A stretch of 64,000 nucleotides of DNA from Planctomycetota bacterium (GTDB lineage: Bacteria; Planctomycetota; UBA8108; UBA1146; JAJFFE01): NCBI GenBank assembly GCA_039028735.1, contig JBCCHQ010000008.1:6955-70954 (forward strand), given 5' to 3'. The notes beneath the pieces were generated by a model. That model saw only the letters and a program-made list of their open reading frames with translations, was not told where the DNA came from and searched no databases. How positions within the stretch are numbered: position 1 is the stretch's first letter; the number at the start of each line of letters is the position of its first letter. A program made the position numbers and the translations under genes. Shown here in pieces: positions 54,638 to 64,000 of the stretch.

Positions 54638-57055
54638 ATGAACCATCGAACCAATGACCGCAGAGATCGCGTCGCGCTCGAGTTTCTACTGTTGTATCGC
54701 AGCGACGAAGAGGCTGGGCGACGGCGTTCGCTGGCTTCGTACCTAGAACTGTTCGACGGCGACGAGGAGTTGATCGCAAGCGAGTATCTGCAGCTCCAGC
54801 AAGGCTACGCGTCGCACTCGGCGGCCACGCACAGCGGCACCAGCAACGGCGCCCCACCGGGACTGCCTAGCGCTCTTGGCGATGAGCCGCGCTACTTGAC
54901 GGGACCCCGTGTCGGTAGCGGTGGAATGGGCGATGTACATCGCGGTCATGACCGGTTGCTCGATCGTCACGTCGCGATCAAGTACCCAAAGCGCTCCGCT
55001 CCGTCGGCGGATCGTCGAGCCTTCTTGTTACGCGAAGCGGTCACCGCCGCTCGCCTAGACCATCCCAATATCCCCCCCGTCTATGACCTAGGAGTCGACG
55101 AGACGAACCGCCCGTTCCTTGTCATGCGATTAGTCCAAGGACGGCCACTCGACGCGGCTCTCGCCGACAACGAGACGCCGCGGGCTCTGCAGCACTGGCT
55201 TGCTCTGTTCCAGCAGATCTGCCTCGCGATCGACTATGCGCACCATCGAGGCATCCTACATCTCGATTTGAAGCCCGCCAACGTGATGCTGGGCGAGTAT
55301 GGCGAGATGCAGATCATCGACTGGGGACTGTCGAGCATCGCGATCGACGGTCGCACAGACACCGAAGGAGTGCGCGGCACGCCCGGCTACATGGCACCTG
55401 AGCAGCTCCAAGGAAAGCGAGTCACCACTGCGACCGACACCTATGCACTTGGACTGATCCTCTTCGAGATTTGTACGGGGCAGGCCGCATTCCATCGCCG
55501 CGATCGCAAGAAGGCGCTTGCCGCGAGCTTCTCGCAAGGTGAGGCTTGGGAAGCCACGCCCCCACCGCTGCGCGAGATCATCCACCGAGCACTGCAGCGC
55601 GTACCGAAGCAGCGCTACCAGTCGGGTCGCGCCCTCGCTGATGACGTGGGCTTGTTCTTGCAGGGTGTCCGCGAGAGGGAGCGGCGGCAACTTGCCGCGC
55701 GCAAGGCCGTAGAGCTGGCCACTGCCGAGCAAGCTCGACGTCAACAAGCCCTTGCCGAGGCAGCGGCTCTCGCTGAGCAACTTGCGCAACATCCCGTGGA
55801 GACGTGGGACAGCTTGGCTGCGAAACGCCCACTGTGGCAGCTCGAAGATGCGATCGACAGCGAGCAGCTGACAGCCGAGCGGGCCCTCGAGGACGCAACG
55901 AGCCATCTACTCGAGGCGTTTCGCCAAGCCCCCGACGACCCGGAAGTCATCGCAGAGTGGGCTAGCCTGTGCTGGGAACGCTTCCAAGCAGCCGAACTTG
56001 CCAGTGACCGCTTTCAGTGTACGTACTTCGAACGGGAACTCCGAGCTCTGCAGCTCCCGCACTACGATGACTTGCTGCGTGGCGAAGGCACACTCCAGAT
56101 TGACTGCAAGCCGCGCCCCCAACGCATCACTTTGCACCGGATTGAGGAGCGACAGCGCAGACTGCGCCCCGTGCAAGCGCGAGATCTCGTTGCGAGCCCC
56201 CTACCGGATGGGGTCATTGCTCACGGCAGTTGGCAACTCACCCTCGAGCGGGACGGCTATCGAACGCTCGTGGCGCCGGTGCATGTACACCGCGGCGAAC
56301 GGGTACGGGTCCGTTGGCGGCTGCGCCGTGAACACGAGATCGGTGCGGAGTTTCAGCTGATTCCGGCCGGATCCTTCACCATTGGTGGCGATGCCGCGAC
56401 GCTCCAATCACTGCCGCGCGCACGACGGCATGTGGCTGAGTTTTGCATGGCGCGTTTTCCAGTGACCTTCTCTGAGTACTCGGAGTTTCTCCGGGACCTG
56501 CCGCGCACTCAAGCCACCAAACGTCTCCCGCGTGAGGCTGGCCACGGTGCGCCCCATCCCTTTATCGATGCCGACACCCTCCGCGTGCCGGGACGCCGCT
56601 CGTTCGCTCAGAGATGGCCCGTCTTCGGGGTGAGTTGGAGTGACGCCACTGCGTATGCGCGGTGGCGCAGCAGCCGCGACAACAAGCGCTACCGCTTGCC
56701 GTCAGACGCGGAATGGGAGAAGGCGGCTCGCGGCCCTGACCGCCGCATCTTTCCGTGGGGCAATCGCTACGACGCGCGCTTCTGCAAGAACCTCGGTTCG
56801 ACGCCAGCCAGGACCCAGCCCGAACGCGTTGGGAAGTACCCAGCAGACACCTCTCCGTATGGAGTCCGTGACATGGCTGGCGGCGTCCGAGAGTGGTGTC
56901 GATCGTGGTTCTCCCAAACCAACAACCAGCGGCTCGTGCGCGGGGGCGGCTGGAATCAAACGCCGATCGGATCTCACTGTGCCTACCGGCTCCCCTGCCC
57001 TCCGCACCTGGTGTATCCATTTATCGGTTTCCGTCTGACTCACAGCTGCAAGTAG
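54638..57055 (+). CDS. Ser/Thr protein kinase fused to C-terminal formylglycine-generating-enzyme (FGE/SUMF1)-like domain
   Basis: Kinase motifs are GSGGMGDVHRG...VAIKY, HRGILHLDLKPANVML and DWGLS...GTPGYMAPE. The FGE-like region reads FPVTFSEYSEFL...GVSWSDATAYARW...RLPSDAEWEKAARG...RGGGWN. Confidence 0.85.
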   Translation: MNHRTNDRRDRVALEFLLLYRSDEEAGRRRSLASYLELFDGDEELIASEYLQLQQGYASHSAATHSGTSNGAPPGLPSALGDEPRYLTGPRVGSGGMGDVHRGHDRLLDRHVAIKYPKRSAPSADRRAFLLREAVTAARLDHPNIPPVYDLGVDETNRPFLVMRLVQGRPLDAALADNETPRALQHWLALFQQICLAIDYAHHRGILHLDLKPANVMLGEYGEMQIIDWGLSSIAIDGRTDTEGVRGTPGYMAPEQLQGKRVTTATDTYALGLILFEICTGQAAFHRRDRKKALAASFSQGEAWEATPPPLREIIHRALQRVPKQRYQSGRALADDVGLFLQGVRERERRQLAARKAVELATAEQARRQQALAEAAALAEQLAQHPVETWDSLAAKRPLWQLEDAIDSEQLTAERALEDATSHLLEAFRQAPDDPEVIAEWASLCWERFQAAELASDRFQCTYFERELRALQLPHYDDLLRGEGTLQIDCKPRPQRITLHRIEERQRRLRPVQARDLVASPLPDGVIAHGSWQLTLERDGYRTLVAPVHVHRGERVRVRWRLRREHEIGAEFQLIPAGSFTIGGDAATLQSLPRARRHVAEFCMARFPVTFSEYSEFLRDLPRTQATKRLPREAGHGAPHPFIDADTLRVPGRRSFAQRWPVFGVSWSDATAYARWRSSRDNKRYRLPSDAEWEKAARGPDRRIFPWGNRYDARFCKNLGSTPARTQPERVGKYPADTSPYGVRDMAGGVREWCRSWFSQTNNQRLVRGGGWNQTPIGSHCAYRLPCPPHLVYPFIGFRLTHSCK

Positions 57056-57103
57056 TACAATCCTCCAGCAACATTCATCAGTAGACCGGGAAGAAAGAAC
57101 CTC

Positions 57104-57616
57104 ATGCCCAACATTCGCTGGCAAGACACAATCTGGAACCAGTTCGCCGCTGCTATCGACACGCTCGAGAACGCGATCAGCAACTGTCCCGACGCCCTTT
57201 GGTCACAGCCCGGCGACGGCCCCCAGTTCTGGCGGGCGGCGTTTCATACGCTGTTCTTCTTGGATCTGTACTGTGCTGAATCCATGGAGGCACATACCCC
57301 TCCACAACCATTCACGTCCTCTGAGCTCGAAGACGGCGGAACCCCACCACGCATGTTCACGAAGCAGGAGCTGCAGGACTACCTCGAATATGGACGCAGC
57401 AGGTGCCAGGAAGTTGTGCGCAATCTGACCGACGCTGATCTCGAGCGCCGCTCCGGATTCAGCTGGCTCGAAATGAGTGTCGTCGAGAGCACACTCTACA
57501 ACCTCCGTCACGTGCAGCACCATGCGGCTCAACTCAACCAGCAACTACGCCAAGCAGAAGACATCGCGTCTCCTTGGGTGTTTCGGGGCGCCGACAGCAC
57601 AAAAAGCAGCTCTTGA
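57104..57616 (+). CDS. DinB-family (DinB_2-like) protein
   Basis: MPNIRWQDTIWNQFAAAIDTLENAISNCPDALWSQ... is typical of DinB/YfiT-like four-helix-bundle proteins. Confidence 0.65.
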   Translation: MPNIRWQDTIWNQFAAAIDTLENAISNCPDALWSQPGDGPQFWRAAFHTLFFLDLYCAESMEAHTPPQPFTSSELEDGGTPPRMFTKQELQDYLEYGRSRCQEVVRNLTDADLERRSGFSWLEMSVVESTLYNLRHVQHHAAQLNQQLRQAEDIASPWVFRGADSTKSSS

Positions 57617-57760
57617 CTCGTTTCACCGCTTCGCATTGAATCCACGGACGCCGCCGCGTTTTCGCCAGCTGGGGATGTGTCTTCCGATGGAGTGCCCTGC
57701 CATCGGGTCATGAAGCGACGACGGAGTTGCAGGACCGTCCCCCTTGAGTGAGCATCGAGT

Positions 57761-59413
57761 ATGCACCAAGTCGAACTACTCAAGGACATCGTCATCGTCC
57801 TTGGGGCATCGGTCGTTGTCGTCGCCGCTCTTCGCCGTATCGGCATTCCGTCCATTGCCGGCTTCATTCTCACTGGAGTCATTGCTGGCCCGACCTCTCT
57901 GGGACTTGTCGACGATCCGCAGATCGTAGAGCTCCTGGCAGAATCGGGCGTCGTCCTCCTCTTGTTTGGTATCGGCCTCGAGCTCTCCATCGAGCGCTTA
58001 CAGAGGCTGTGGAAGTCCATCTTGATCGGCGGCGGCGTCCAGGTGGCGCTGACGCTTGGTGCCGCAGCGGGGATCGCGTATTCCATCGGCCTGGCGACGG
58101 GTCCAGCGATCTTCGTCGGCTGCCTGATCGCAGTGTCCAGTACCGCTGTGGTCTTGCGTGGTCTGTCTCGTCGCGGGGAACTGGATGCTCCTCACGGTCG
58201 TCTAGCCGTCGGCATTCTCGTGTTCCAGGACTTTTGCGTCATCCCGATGATCCTCGCCGTGCCCTTCTTGGCCGGCGAAGGAGGTTCGACCCAGGACGTT
58301 CTTTGGACGATGGGCAAGGCGACAGTGATCTTGGTTGGCGTCCTGATTGCCGCCCGCGTGCTCGTACCTCGGATCCTCGCTTTCATCTCGAAGACGCGCG
58401 AACGCGACTTGTTCATCCTGACAGTCTTCCTCGTCTGTTTCGGCACCGCGTGGGTCGTCTCTCTTGCCGGTATTTCGCTGGCACTCGGTGCGTTCCTCGC
58501 CGGACTCGTCGTAGCAGGCAGCGAATTCCGGCACCAAGCACTCACAGATCTGATCCCAGCGCGCGAAGTGTTGGCGAGTCTGTTCTTCGTCTCGGTCGGC
58601 ATGCTGTTGGACGTGTCCGACATCATGGACAACATCGTCCCCAGCATCAGCCTTCTCGCTGCGATCCTCGCCGGCAAGTTCTTGATCGTGATGGGGACAG
58701 CGAAACTGCTACGCTTGCCTCTGCGCGTCGCCATCTTGTCTGCAGCAGCCTTGTGCCAAGTCGGCGAGTTTTCGTTCGTCTTGTTGGATGCTGCCGCCGA
58801 CTCGTCGATCCTTGCTCACGCCGAGACCCACAACTTGCGCGTTGCGATTATTCTGTCGATGCTTGTCACGCCAATGGCGATTGCTCTGGGACCCTATCTC
58901 GTTACGACAGCCACGCACCTTCCTTGGGTGCGACGCATGCTAGGGGCTTCCCCAAACGTGCCTGTTGCTGACGCGACCGCAGAAGACCATGCCGTCGTCG
59001 CCGGATACGGCCCCGCTGGAGTCGCGGTCTGCCGTGCTCTGCAAGGCACTGGCCTGTACTGCATGGCCGTCGATATGAACCTCGACAACGTGCGAACCGC
59101 CCATACTAATGGCGTGCCAATGCTTTTCGGTGACATCACTCAACCTACGGTCGTCGCAGAGTTGGGCTGCGCAAAGGCGCGCTTGATCGTCCTCGCCATC
59201 AACGACCCGAAGGCCACGGAGCTAGCGATGCGCGCGATCCGCGATCTAGCCCCAGACGTACCAGTCATCGCGCGGGCACCGTACGAACTGGACCGTGATC
59301 TCCTCGCTGCAGCGGGGGCCACGCAGATCGTAACTGCTGAAGCCAGCGCCAAGGACGCGCTGGTCGCTGCATCGCTGGCCACGGTTGCAGAGCCTCGAGA
59401 CACAACGGCCTGA
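57761..59413 (+). CDS. Monovalent cation:proton antiporter-2 (CPA2, KefB/KefC-like) with C-terminal RCK/TrkA-N domain
   Basis: ~12 TM helices; the Rossmann motif AVVAGYGPAGVAVCRAL lies in the C-terminal domain. Confidence 0.85.
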   Translation: MHQVELLKDIVIVLGASVVVVAALRRIGIPSIAGFILTGVIAGPTSLGLVDDPQIVELLAESGVVLLLFGIGLELSIERLQRLWKSILIGGGVQVALTLGAAAGIAYSIGLATGPAIFVGCLIAVSSTAVVLRGLSRRGELDAPHGRLAVGILVFQDFCVIPMILAVPFLAGEGGSTQDVLWTMGKATVILVGVLIAARVLVPRILAFISKTRERDLFILTVFLVCFGTAWVVSLAGISLALGAFLAGLVVAGSEFRHQALTDLIPAREVLASLFFVSVGMLLDVSDIMDNIVPSISLLAAILAGKFLIVMGTAKLLRLPLRVAILSAAALCQVGEFSFVLLDAAADSSILAHAETHNLRVAIILSMLVTPMAIALGPYLVTTATHLPWVRRMLGASPNVPVADATAEDHAVVAGYGPAGVAVCRALQGTGLYCMAVDMNLDNVRTAHTNGVPMLFGDITQPTVVAELGCAKARLIVLAINDPKATELAMRAIRDLAPDVPVIARAPYELDRDLLAAAGATQIVTAEASAKDALVAASLATVAEPRDTTA

Positions 59414-59482
59414 CTGGAGCTCGCTGCTAATTTTCTGGTAGATCGCCACGCAGAGCTTTATCGTCATGCACAGGGAGGTCCT

Positions 59483-61642
59483 GTGCCCATGGGGTCGCAA
59501 CCCACTCGACAATCTGCCAAGTCACGGCCCTGGCCGTTGGCGTCACGTTCAGAAGCTCGGCGGCCGCTTTCACTGTCGGCGGCTCAAATCTGTGCGGCCA
59601 ACGTCACCATTGCTGCCATAGTTCTGTCTGCCAGCTATCTGTTCCTGCAGCTCGGGATCGCGCACATGATGTGGCCTCCCGTGGGGTTGGGTTTGGCCGC
59701 TCTGATTGTCTGCGGCCCCCGCGTCACACCGGGCTTTTGGGTTGGTACGACTGCGTTTCACTGGGCTGCCGGGGAGCCGCTCGCGGAAGCGCTGCTCTAC
59801 GGCACTGCCGAAACGATCGAAGTAGCAGTCGGTAGCTTACTGCTCGTGCGGCTCACGGGTTTTCGAACTGGCTTCCGACGGCTGCATGACATCGTCGCGT
59901 TTCTCGCTATCGGTGTAGTGCTGACTCCCTTTGTTGGCGCCCTACTCGGTGCAACCGCGTTCTGTGCAGCTGGTCGTCCATGGGCATTCTTTCAACCTAG
60001 CTTGCAGTACTTTTGGTTCGAACACGCCCCTGGGGCGCTCGCATTTGCAGCGCCGTTTCTAGCGTGGCGTTGGTATGGCATGCGCCCACTCGTCGAGCTG
60101 CAACAGCCGCAGAAGCGTGCCCTGGAGTTCACCCTGGTCAGCGGCTGCATCATCGGCTTCGCCGTTCTGTCTTGGCAAGATCCCTGGGGCCTGGCGAGCG
60201 ACGTAGTCGCCTTGTCGTTCTTGCCCCTCATCTTCTGCGTCTGGGGAGCTCTGCGATTTGGTTCCGCCACCGCTGTCAGCCTGTCGTTCGTCGCGATCGG
60301 ACTGGCAGCGTGGGGTGCAACAACAGGCCACGGCGCGTTCGCCCGTGAAGACCCACACGCTGCCACGAACCTACTCATGGTGTTCGCAACGGTTACCATG
60401 TCGACGACGCTGCTGGCAGTTTCGATCCTTGCCGAGCGGGATCGCGCGGAAGACCAGAGGCATCAGTTGGAGTTGCGAGTGCAGCAGAGCCAGAAGTTGG
60501 AGAGCCTGGGCCTGCTTGCTGGCGGCATTGCACACGACTTCAACAACCTGCTGACGCCGATCCTCGGCGGCGCAGGCTTGCTCGAACGTGAGCTTTCTAC
60601 GCGACCAGCGCGCGAGACTCTCGGGGACATGGAGCAGGCTGCCGAGCAAGCACGAGACCTCTGCCAACAACTGCTCGCCTACTCTGGGCGAGCAGGTATC
60701 GAACGTAGGAACGTCGACGCCGGGCAAATCGTTCGAGAGATGCGCAGGCTGCTGCAGCATTCCGTACAGGAGTCGACGCAGCTGGTCGTGGATACAGATC
60801 CCAACAACGTAACCGTCGAAGTCGATGTGACACAGCTGCGGCAAGCGCTACTGAATCTGATCCAGAATGCGGCTGATTCGATGCGAGACCGCTCCGGCAC
60901 TGTCGAACTCCGGGTCTGGGCCCGAGAATGCGATGCTGCGTTCTTCGCCGACATGCTGGTTGGACGCGACATCACTCCCGGCAAGTACGTTGGCTTGGAA
61001 GTCCGCGACGAGGGCCACGGTATGTCCGCTGACACGATGACAACCATGTTTGACCCCTTCTTCTCGACGAAGGGGACGGGGCGGGGACTCGGTCTCGCCG
61101 CCACGCTGGGTTTCGTGCGCGCACATGACGGTGCGATCGAGGTCCAGAGCACCAGTGGCGAAGGCACCGACATCACGATCTGGCTTCCTGCCTCGAGTCG
61201 CCCAGTCGATTCCGACCTGATGCCGGCTGCTCCCACTCATCGGACCGGTAATGGCACCATCTTGATCGTGGATGACGAGCCCGTCGTCCGCTCCGTCGTC
61301 CGAATGATTCTCGAGAACCAGGGTTTCGGTGTTGATGAGGCCGCCGACGGCAAGACAGCCATCGACAAATACGAAGCCGGTGCAACTTACGACCTAATCC
61401 TCTTGGATCTCACGATGCCGGGTCTCGATGGGCACGCAACGTTCGCGGCGCTGGAAGCCCTCGGCAACCGGGCCCCGGTGATTCTGTCGAGCGGTTTCGA
61501 TGAGAACCAGGCGCGCGACTGCGGCGCAAAGCACGGCTACGGGGGCTACCTGCAAAAGCCGTTCACTGCCGAAGCGTTGTTGGCCCGCGTCCATGCCGCG
61601 ATCGAGAAGGATGCCACGACAGCGACACCGCACGGTTCCTGA
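59483..61642 (+). CDS. Hybrid sensor histidine kinase / response regulator with polytopic membrane N-terminal domain
   Basis: GGGAGG lies 4 nt before GTG 59483. The HisKA H-box is LAGGIAHDFNNLLTPILG. An HATPase_c (G-box GRGLGLA) is present. The REC domain reads ILIVDDEPVVRSVV...DLILLDLTMPGLDG. Confidence 0.85.
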   Translation: MPMGSQPTRQSAKSRPWPLASRSEARRPLSLSAAQICAANVTIAAIVLSASYLFLQLGIAHMMWPPVGLGLAALIVCGPRVTPGFWVGTTAFHWAAGEPLAEALLYGTAETIEVAVGSLLLVRLTGFRTGFRRLHDIVAFLAIGVVLTPFVGALLGATAFCAAGRPWAFFQPSLQYFWFEHAPGALAFAAPFLAWRWYGMRPLVELQQPQKRALEFTLVSGCIIGFAVLSWQDPWGLASDVVALSFLPLIFCVWGALRFGSATAVSLSFVAIGLAAWGATTGHGAFAREDPHAATNLLMVFATVTMSTTLLAVSILAERDRAEDQRHQLELRVQQSQKLESLGLLAGGIAHDFNNLLTPILGGAGLLERELSTRPARETLGDMEQAAEQARDLCQQLLAYSGRAGIERRNVDAGQIVREMRRLLQHSVQESTQLVVDTDPNNVTVEVDVTQLRQALLNLIQNAADSMRDRSGTVELRVWARECDAAFFADMLVGRDITPGKYVGLEVRDEGHGMSADTMTTMFDPFFSTKGTGRGLGLAATLGFVRAHDGAIEVQSTSGEGTDITIWLPASSRPVDSDLMPAAPTHRTGNGTILIVDDEPVVRSVVRMILENQGFGVDEAADGKTAIDKYEAGATYDLILLDLTMPGLDGHATFAALEALGNRAPVILSSGFDENQARDCGAKHGYGGYLQKPFTAEALLARVHAAIEKDATTATPHGS

Positions 61643-61663
61643 GGCGCGACCTCCCGTCGCGAC

Positions 61664-62728
61664 CTAAGGAGAGTCTTCGTTCTTTGCCGCCGGAGGTTGG
61701 GCGTTGAGCCAGCGCTCCCAGGACTTGAGATCGGCACCGTGCTCTTGGCCAGAGATGCTCTGCAACGCGGCAATCGTCGACTGCTGCAGACGCTCAATGA
61801 CTTCGACCGGCACCTCGGCCGACGTCATCACTTGGATCAACTCGATTCCGGGGGTCTCGATCACGACGCTCTGCCCGCCAGAACCCAAACTGACAGGGAT
61901 CTCCTTTAGCCCTGTCGAGCGGGCCAACTGCACACGCACCGTCGTCTGCACGTAGCGCAAGACGCGCACCAAAGTCGGCGCAGCGGCGCGGCTGCCAATA
62001 CTCTGCAAGTGTCCGACCGCTCGCAATCGCTGCGAGAACGGACTCACCTGAGCACTGTACTCGTAAAGCCTGCGCGCCAGGTCGTCGTTGCGCTGCACAG
62101 CCATCTCATGCGTAACAGCCGCCTCGTCGTCTGCGCCAGTGGTCAGAGAATCCTGTACCAGCGGAATCACAGCGAGGTCGGTCTTGAACGCAGCGAGCCG
62201 CTTCAGAGCATAGTCGCGGTTTCCAAACTTCTTCGTTCCTAGCAGCTCGCTCAGCGCCGGTAGCAGCTCGACCTCAGCAAACTCGTCCAGCTTCTCTGTC
62301 AACTCCGCGCGCTGCTCTGGTTTCTTTTTCGCGCTCAGCCGGCGAGCGATGCGACTGGCTTCTTTGCGACGCTTCTTTAGAAAGCGCAGACGCATTTCAG
62401 CCGCCCGTTGCTCGAGTCGATCGGACAAACGGTGGCGACCATCGACCCACACGACCTCAGAACGCTGCAACTCGCGCCGCTTCCCCTCCTCGGTCAACAC
62501 GGTGATGACATCACCGACCTCGCTGATGTAGGCAGCCGCCAGGTCTGAGCCATCTTGAAGACGAAACAGCGCAGCCTGAACAACGGTCGGAACACCGAGC
62601 ACCAGTAGCAACGAAGCGGTCGCCCAAACCTTGCGAGGAGTAGCGCATCGACGGCGAATTGAGGTTGGCGAGAGACGGCACATTGAGGCCGCTCGGACAA
62701 CGAGACTAAATTGCATGTTCTTCTCCAA
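61664..62728 (-). CDS. Exported HEAT/armadillo-like repeat hypothetical protein
   Basis: The ORF has a hydrophobic N-terminal segment (WATASLLLVLGVPTVVQAA); the domain call is weak. Confidence 0.5.
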   Translation of the reverse strand: MEKNMQFSLVVRAASMCRLSPTSIRRRCATPRKVWATASLLLVLGVPTVVQAALFRLQDGSDLAAAYISEVGDVITVLTEEGKRRELQRSEVVWVDGRHRLSDRLEQRAAEMRLRFLKKRRKEASRIARRLSAKKKPEQRAELTEKLDEFAEVELLPALSELLGTKKFGNRDYALKRLAAFKTDLAVIPLVQDSLTTGADDEAAVTHEMAVQRNDDLARRLYEYSAQVSPFSQRLRAVGHLQSIGSRAAAPTLVRVLRYVQTTVRVQLARSTGLKEIPVSLGSGGQSVVIETPGIELIQVMTSAEVPVEVIERLQQSTIAALQSISGQEHGADLKSWERWLNAQPPAAKNEDSP

Positions 62729-62860
62729 GGCTTGCCGACGACTCAGCGCGAGTCCGGAGAGAGGAGGTAACTCGCGGCTGGAGGGATGTCGTCACTGGCA
62801 TAGGGTAGCGCATTGCTCCACACTGGGCAATCGCGCCAAGAAAGTGTAGCCCAACCGTCG

Positions 62861-64000
62861 TCAGCGGATCTCTTGGGCGTCTGGATCGACAACGATCCGC
62901 ATGGGGAAATCCTGGCGAAGATAGCGGCAGACACCCCCTTGTGCTTCGCAAACCGCGTAGCTGACATAGCCCATCAGAACCAGGGGGCCCGCGGGAGCAG
63001 CAGACGGCACAACCAGCTCGAACTCGCGGATCCGCGGTTCTCTGGTTTCGGCCTCCTTCGGGAGTGTAGCTTTGCCAGCCGGCGCCAGCGCACGCACACC
63101 ATCGACCGGTTGCCACGACACGGACAGCGATTCGGCCTCGTTGTTCCAATACGACTTGGCGCCGGGATCGAGATACAATCGGACTCTGGCGCGGCCTCCG
63201 GGTCGAACACGTGGCGGCGTGATCGACACCTCGACGCGAACCAACGGAGCCTCGTCCGTCGGCAGCTGCGCCTTCGGATCGATCAACGGCAATGGCGCGA
63301 AGTCGCTCGACGCTGTGCGCCCGATCACCTCGGAGCCAAACGGCTCGACCCTCAAGGAAACCGGCGTCTCGCCACGCTGGCGGATCTCGCGGCGCGCTTC
63401 CTCGACCCATGCATAGAAGTTGTAGGGTTTCGTCAGCAGTGGACCATACTGTTGGATTCGACGTCTCCAGATGTATTGGGAAGGTCGCAGAGTAAGCGCC
63501 TTCTGCCACATATCTACAGCCCGCTGGGCATCGCCGGGCTGCCGTTGCGGTGACTCGAAGCGCCGGCGCAGCGCAACTCCCAGACGAAACAGAGCTCGGG
63601 CATCGTTCGCGTCTCGGTCGACGGCACTGCCGTAGTTGCGCACAGCCAGATCTAGGCTAGTGCCGGCTTCTGGTGAAGACTCAGCCCCCCACAGAAACCA
63701 CCAGTCACCGGTCTGTCGAAAGGTGGCCTGCGCTGGAAGCTCTTTCGGAGCCGTTGCGAGCTCTCGGGGTACTTTCCCGAGCGCCGCCGTCTCCGCCGCA
63801 ACGAACTGTTTCAAGTGCTCCTCGGAGATGCGCCCGACCCGCTGCACGACACCGTGCTCGTCGATCAACACCGGTACGGGGACCACCTCGTAGTCGAGCT
63901 GATTCAGAGGGTCGATGGCCAGGGGCCAGTCCAGCTGTCGCCACTGTTGATACAAGCGCGCGCGTTCAGGGTGCTGCTCTTGGACGACACCGACGACAAC
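62861..64000 (-). CDS. Probably 5'-partial thioredoxin-fold (TlpA-like C-terminal end) + DsbD-alpha-like domain protein
   Basis: The ORF track starts at M (63955), but the first residues (YEVVPVPVLIDEHGVVQRVGRISEEHL) look like the C-terminal strand and helix of a thioredoxin fold, so the true start probably lies beyond the window end. The C-terminal region has GYVSYAVCEAQGGVC. Confidence 0.5.
   Translation of the reverse strand, partial: VVVGVVQEQHPERARLYQQWRQLDWPLAIDPLNQLDYEVVPVPVLIDEHGVVQRVGRISEEHLKQFVAAETAALGKVPRELATAPKELPAQATFRQTGDWWFLWGAESSPEAGTSLDLAVRNYGSAVDRDANDARALFRLGVALRRRFESPQRQPGDAQRAVDMWQKALTLRPSQYIWRRRIQQYGPLLTKPYNFYAWVEEARREIRQRGETPVSLRVEPFGSEVIGRTASSDFAPLPLIDPKAQLPTDEAPLVRVEVSITPPRVRPGGRARVRLYLDPGAKSYWNNEAESLSVSWQPVDGVRALAPAGKATLPKEAETREPRIREFELVVPSAAPAGPLVLMGYVSYAVCEAQGGVCRYLRQDFPMRIVVDPDAQEIR

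Noticed and set aside
57748-58971. 407-aa Arg/Ser/Pro-rich ORF overlapping the CPA2 antiporter gene on the same strand
   Set aside because: It is an alternative frame of a clearly membrane-protein-coding gene. Its composition is typical of an off-frame high-GC translation.
62706-63509. 267-aa minus-strand ORF overlapping the 62861..64000 gene in another frame
   Set aside because: It lies in the same region as a thioredoxin/DsbD-like frame with recognisable motifs. It is an off-frame artefact.
1-64000. Mobile elements / prophage / integrase or transposase
   Set aside because: No ORF shows integrase, transposase (DDE), recombinase or phage structural motifs. There are no terminal inverted repeats or tRNA-adjacent islands. 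The dockerin-gene density looks like a native paralogous expansion, not horizontal insertion.

Overview
This is a high-GC (~62%) chromosomal segment that looks like it comes from a Planctomycetota-like organism. I infer that from the gene content: a membrane-bound dehydrogenase with a haem-binding domain, Ser/Thr kinase–FGE fusions, three ECF sigma factors, a DUF1570-like protein, and giant repetitive surface proteins. I call 34 protein-coding genes and no rRNA, tRNA, CRISPR array or mobile element.

The dominant feature is a family of nine secreted proteins that all end in the same ~85-92 aa dockerin-like module. Each module has two Ca-binding F-hand repeats (RGDxNxDG...DAADxNDDG) plus a conserved cysteine pattern. 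The proteins are built on very different scaffolds:
- a 3,192-aa protein with 28 tandem IPT/TIG repeats
- an SdrD-B-type protein
- an FG-GAP β-propeller protein
- an HExxH metalloprotease
- an endonuclease/exonuclease/phosphatase protein
- a P-domain/β-propeller protein
- three others

Two of the dockerin-bearing proteins also carry N-terminal modules with the cohesin signature (F-x-V-x-V-DP-x-x-L-x-I...G). One has a single module (22741..23598) and one has two tandem modules (48964..50178). That points to a cohesin-dockerin surface-assembly system, possibly able to self-polymerise, outside the cellulosome context.

Other loci in the window:
- a glycosyltransferase/methyltransferase cluster at 34.7-38.2 kb
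- a membrane-anchored caspase-like (C14) protein
- ECF-family regulators: an ECF sigma fused to a long transmembrane/CarboxypepD_reg extension, an ECF sigma gene divergent from a Ser/Thr-kinase–FGE fusion, and an ECF sigma translationally coupled to a polytopic membrane protein
- housekeeping genes: ychF, a CPA2 antiporter, a hybrid histidine kinase and DinB-like proteins

Several clean bidirectional terminators and two TTGxxx-N16/17-TACAAT promoter-like sites are visible.
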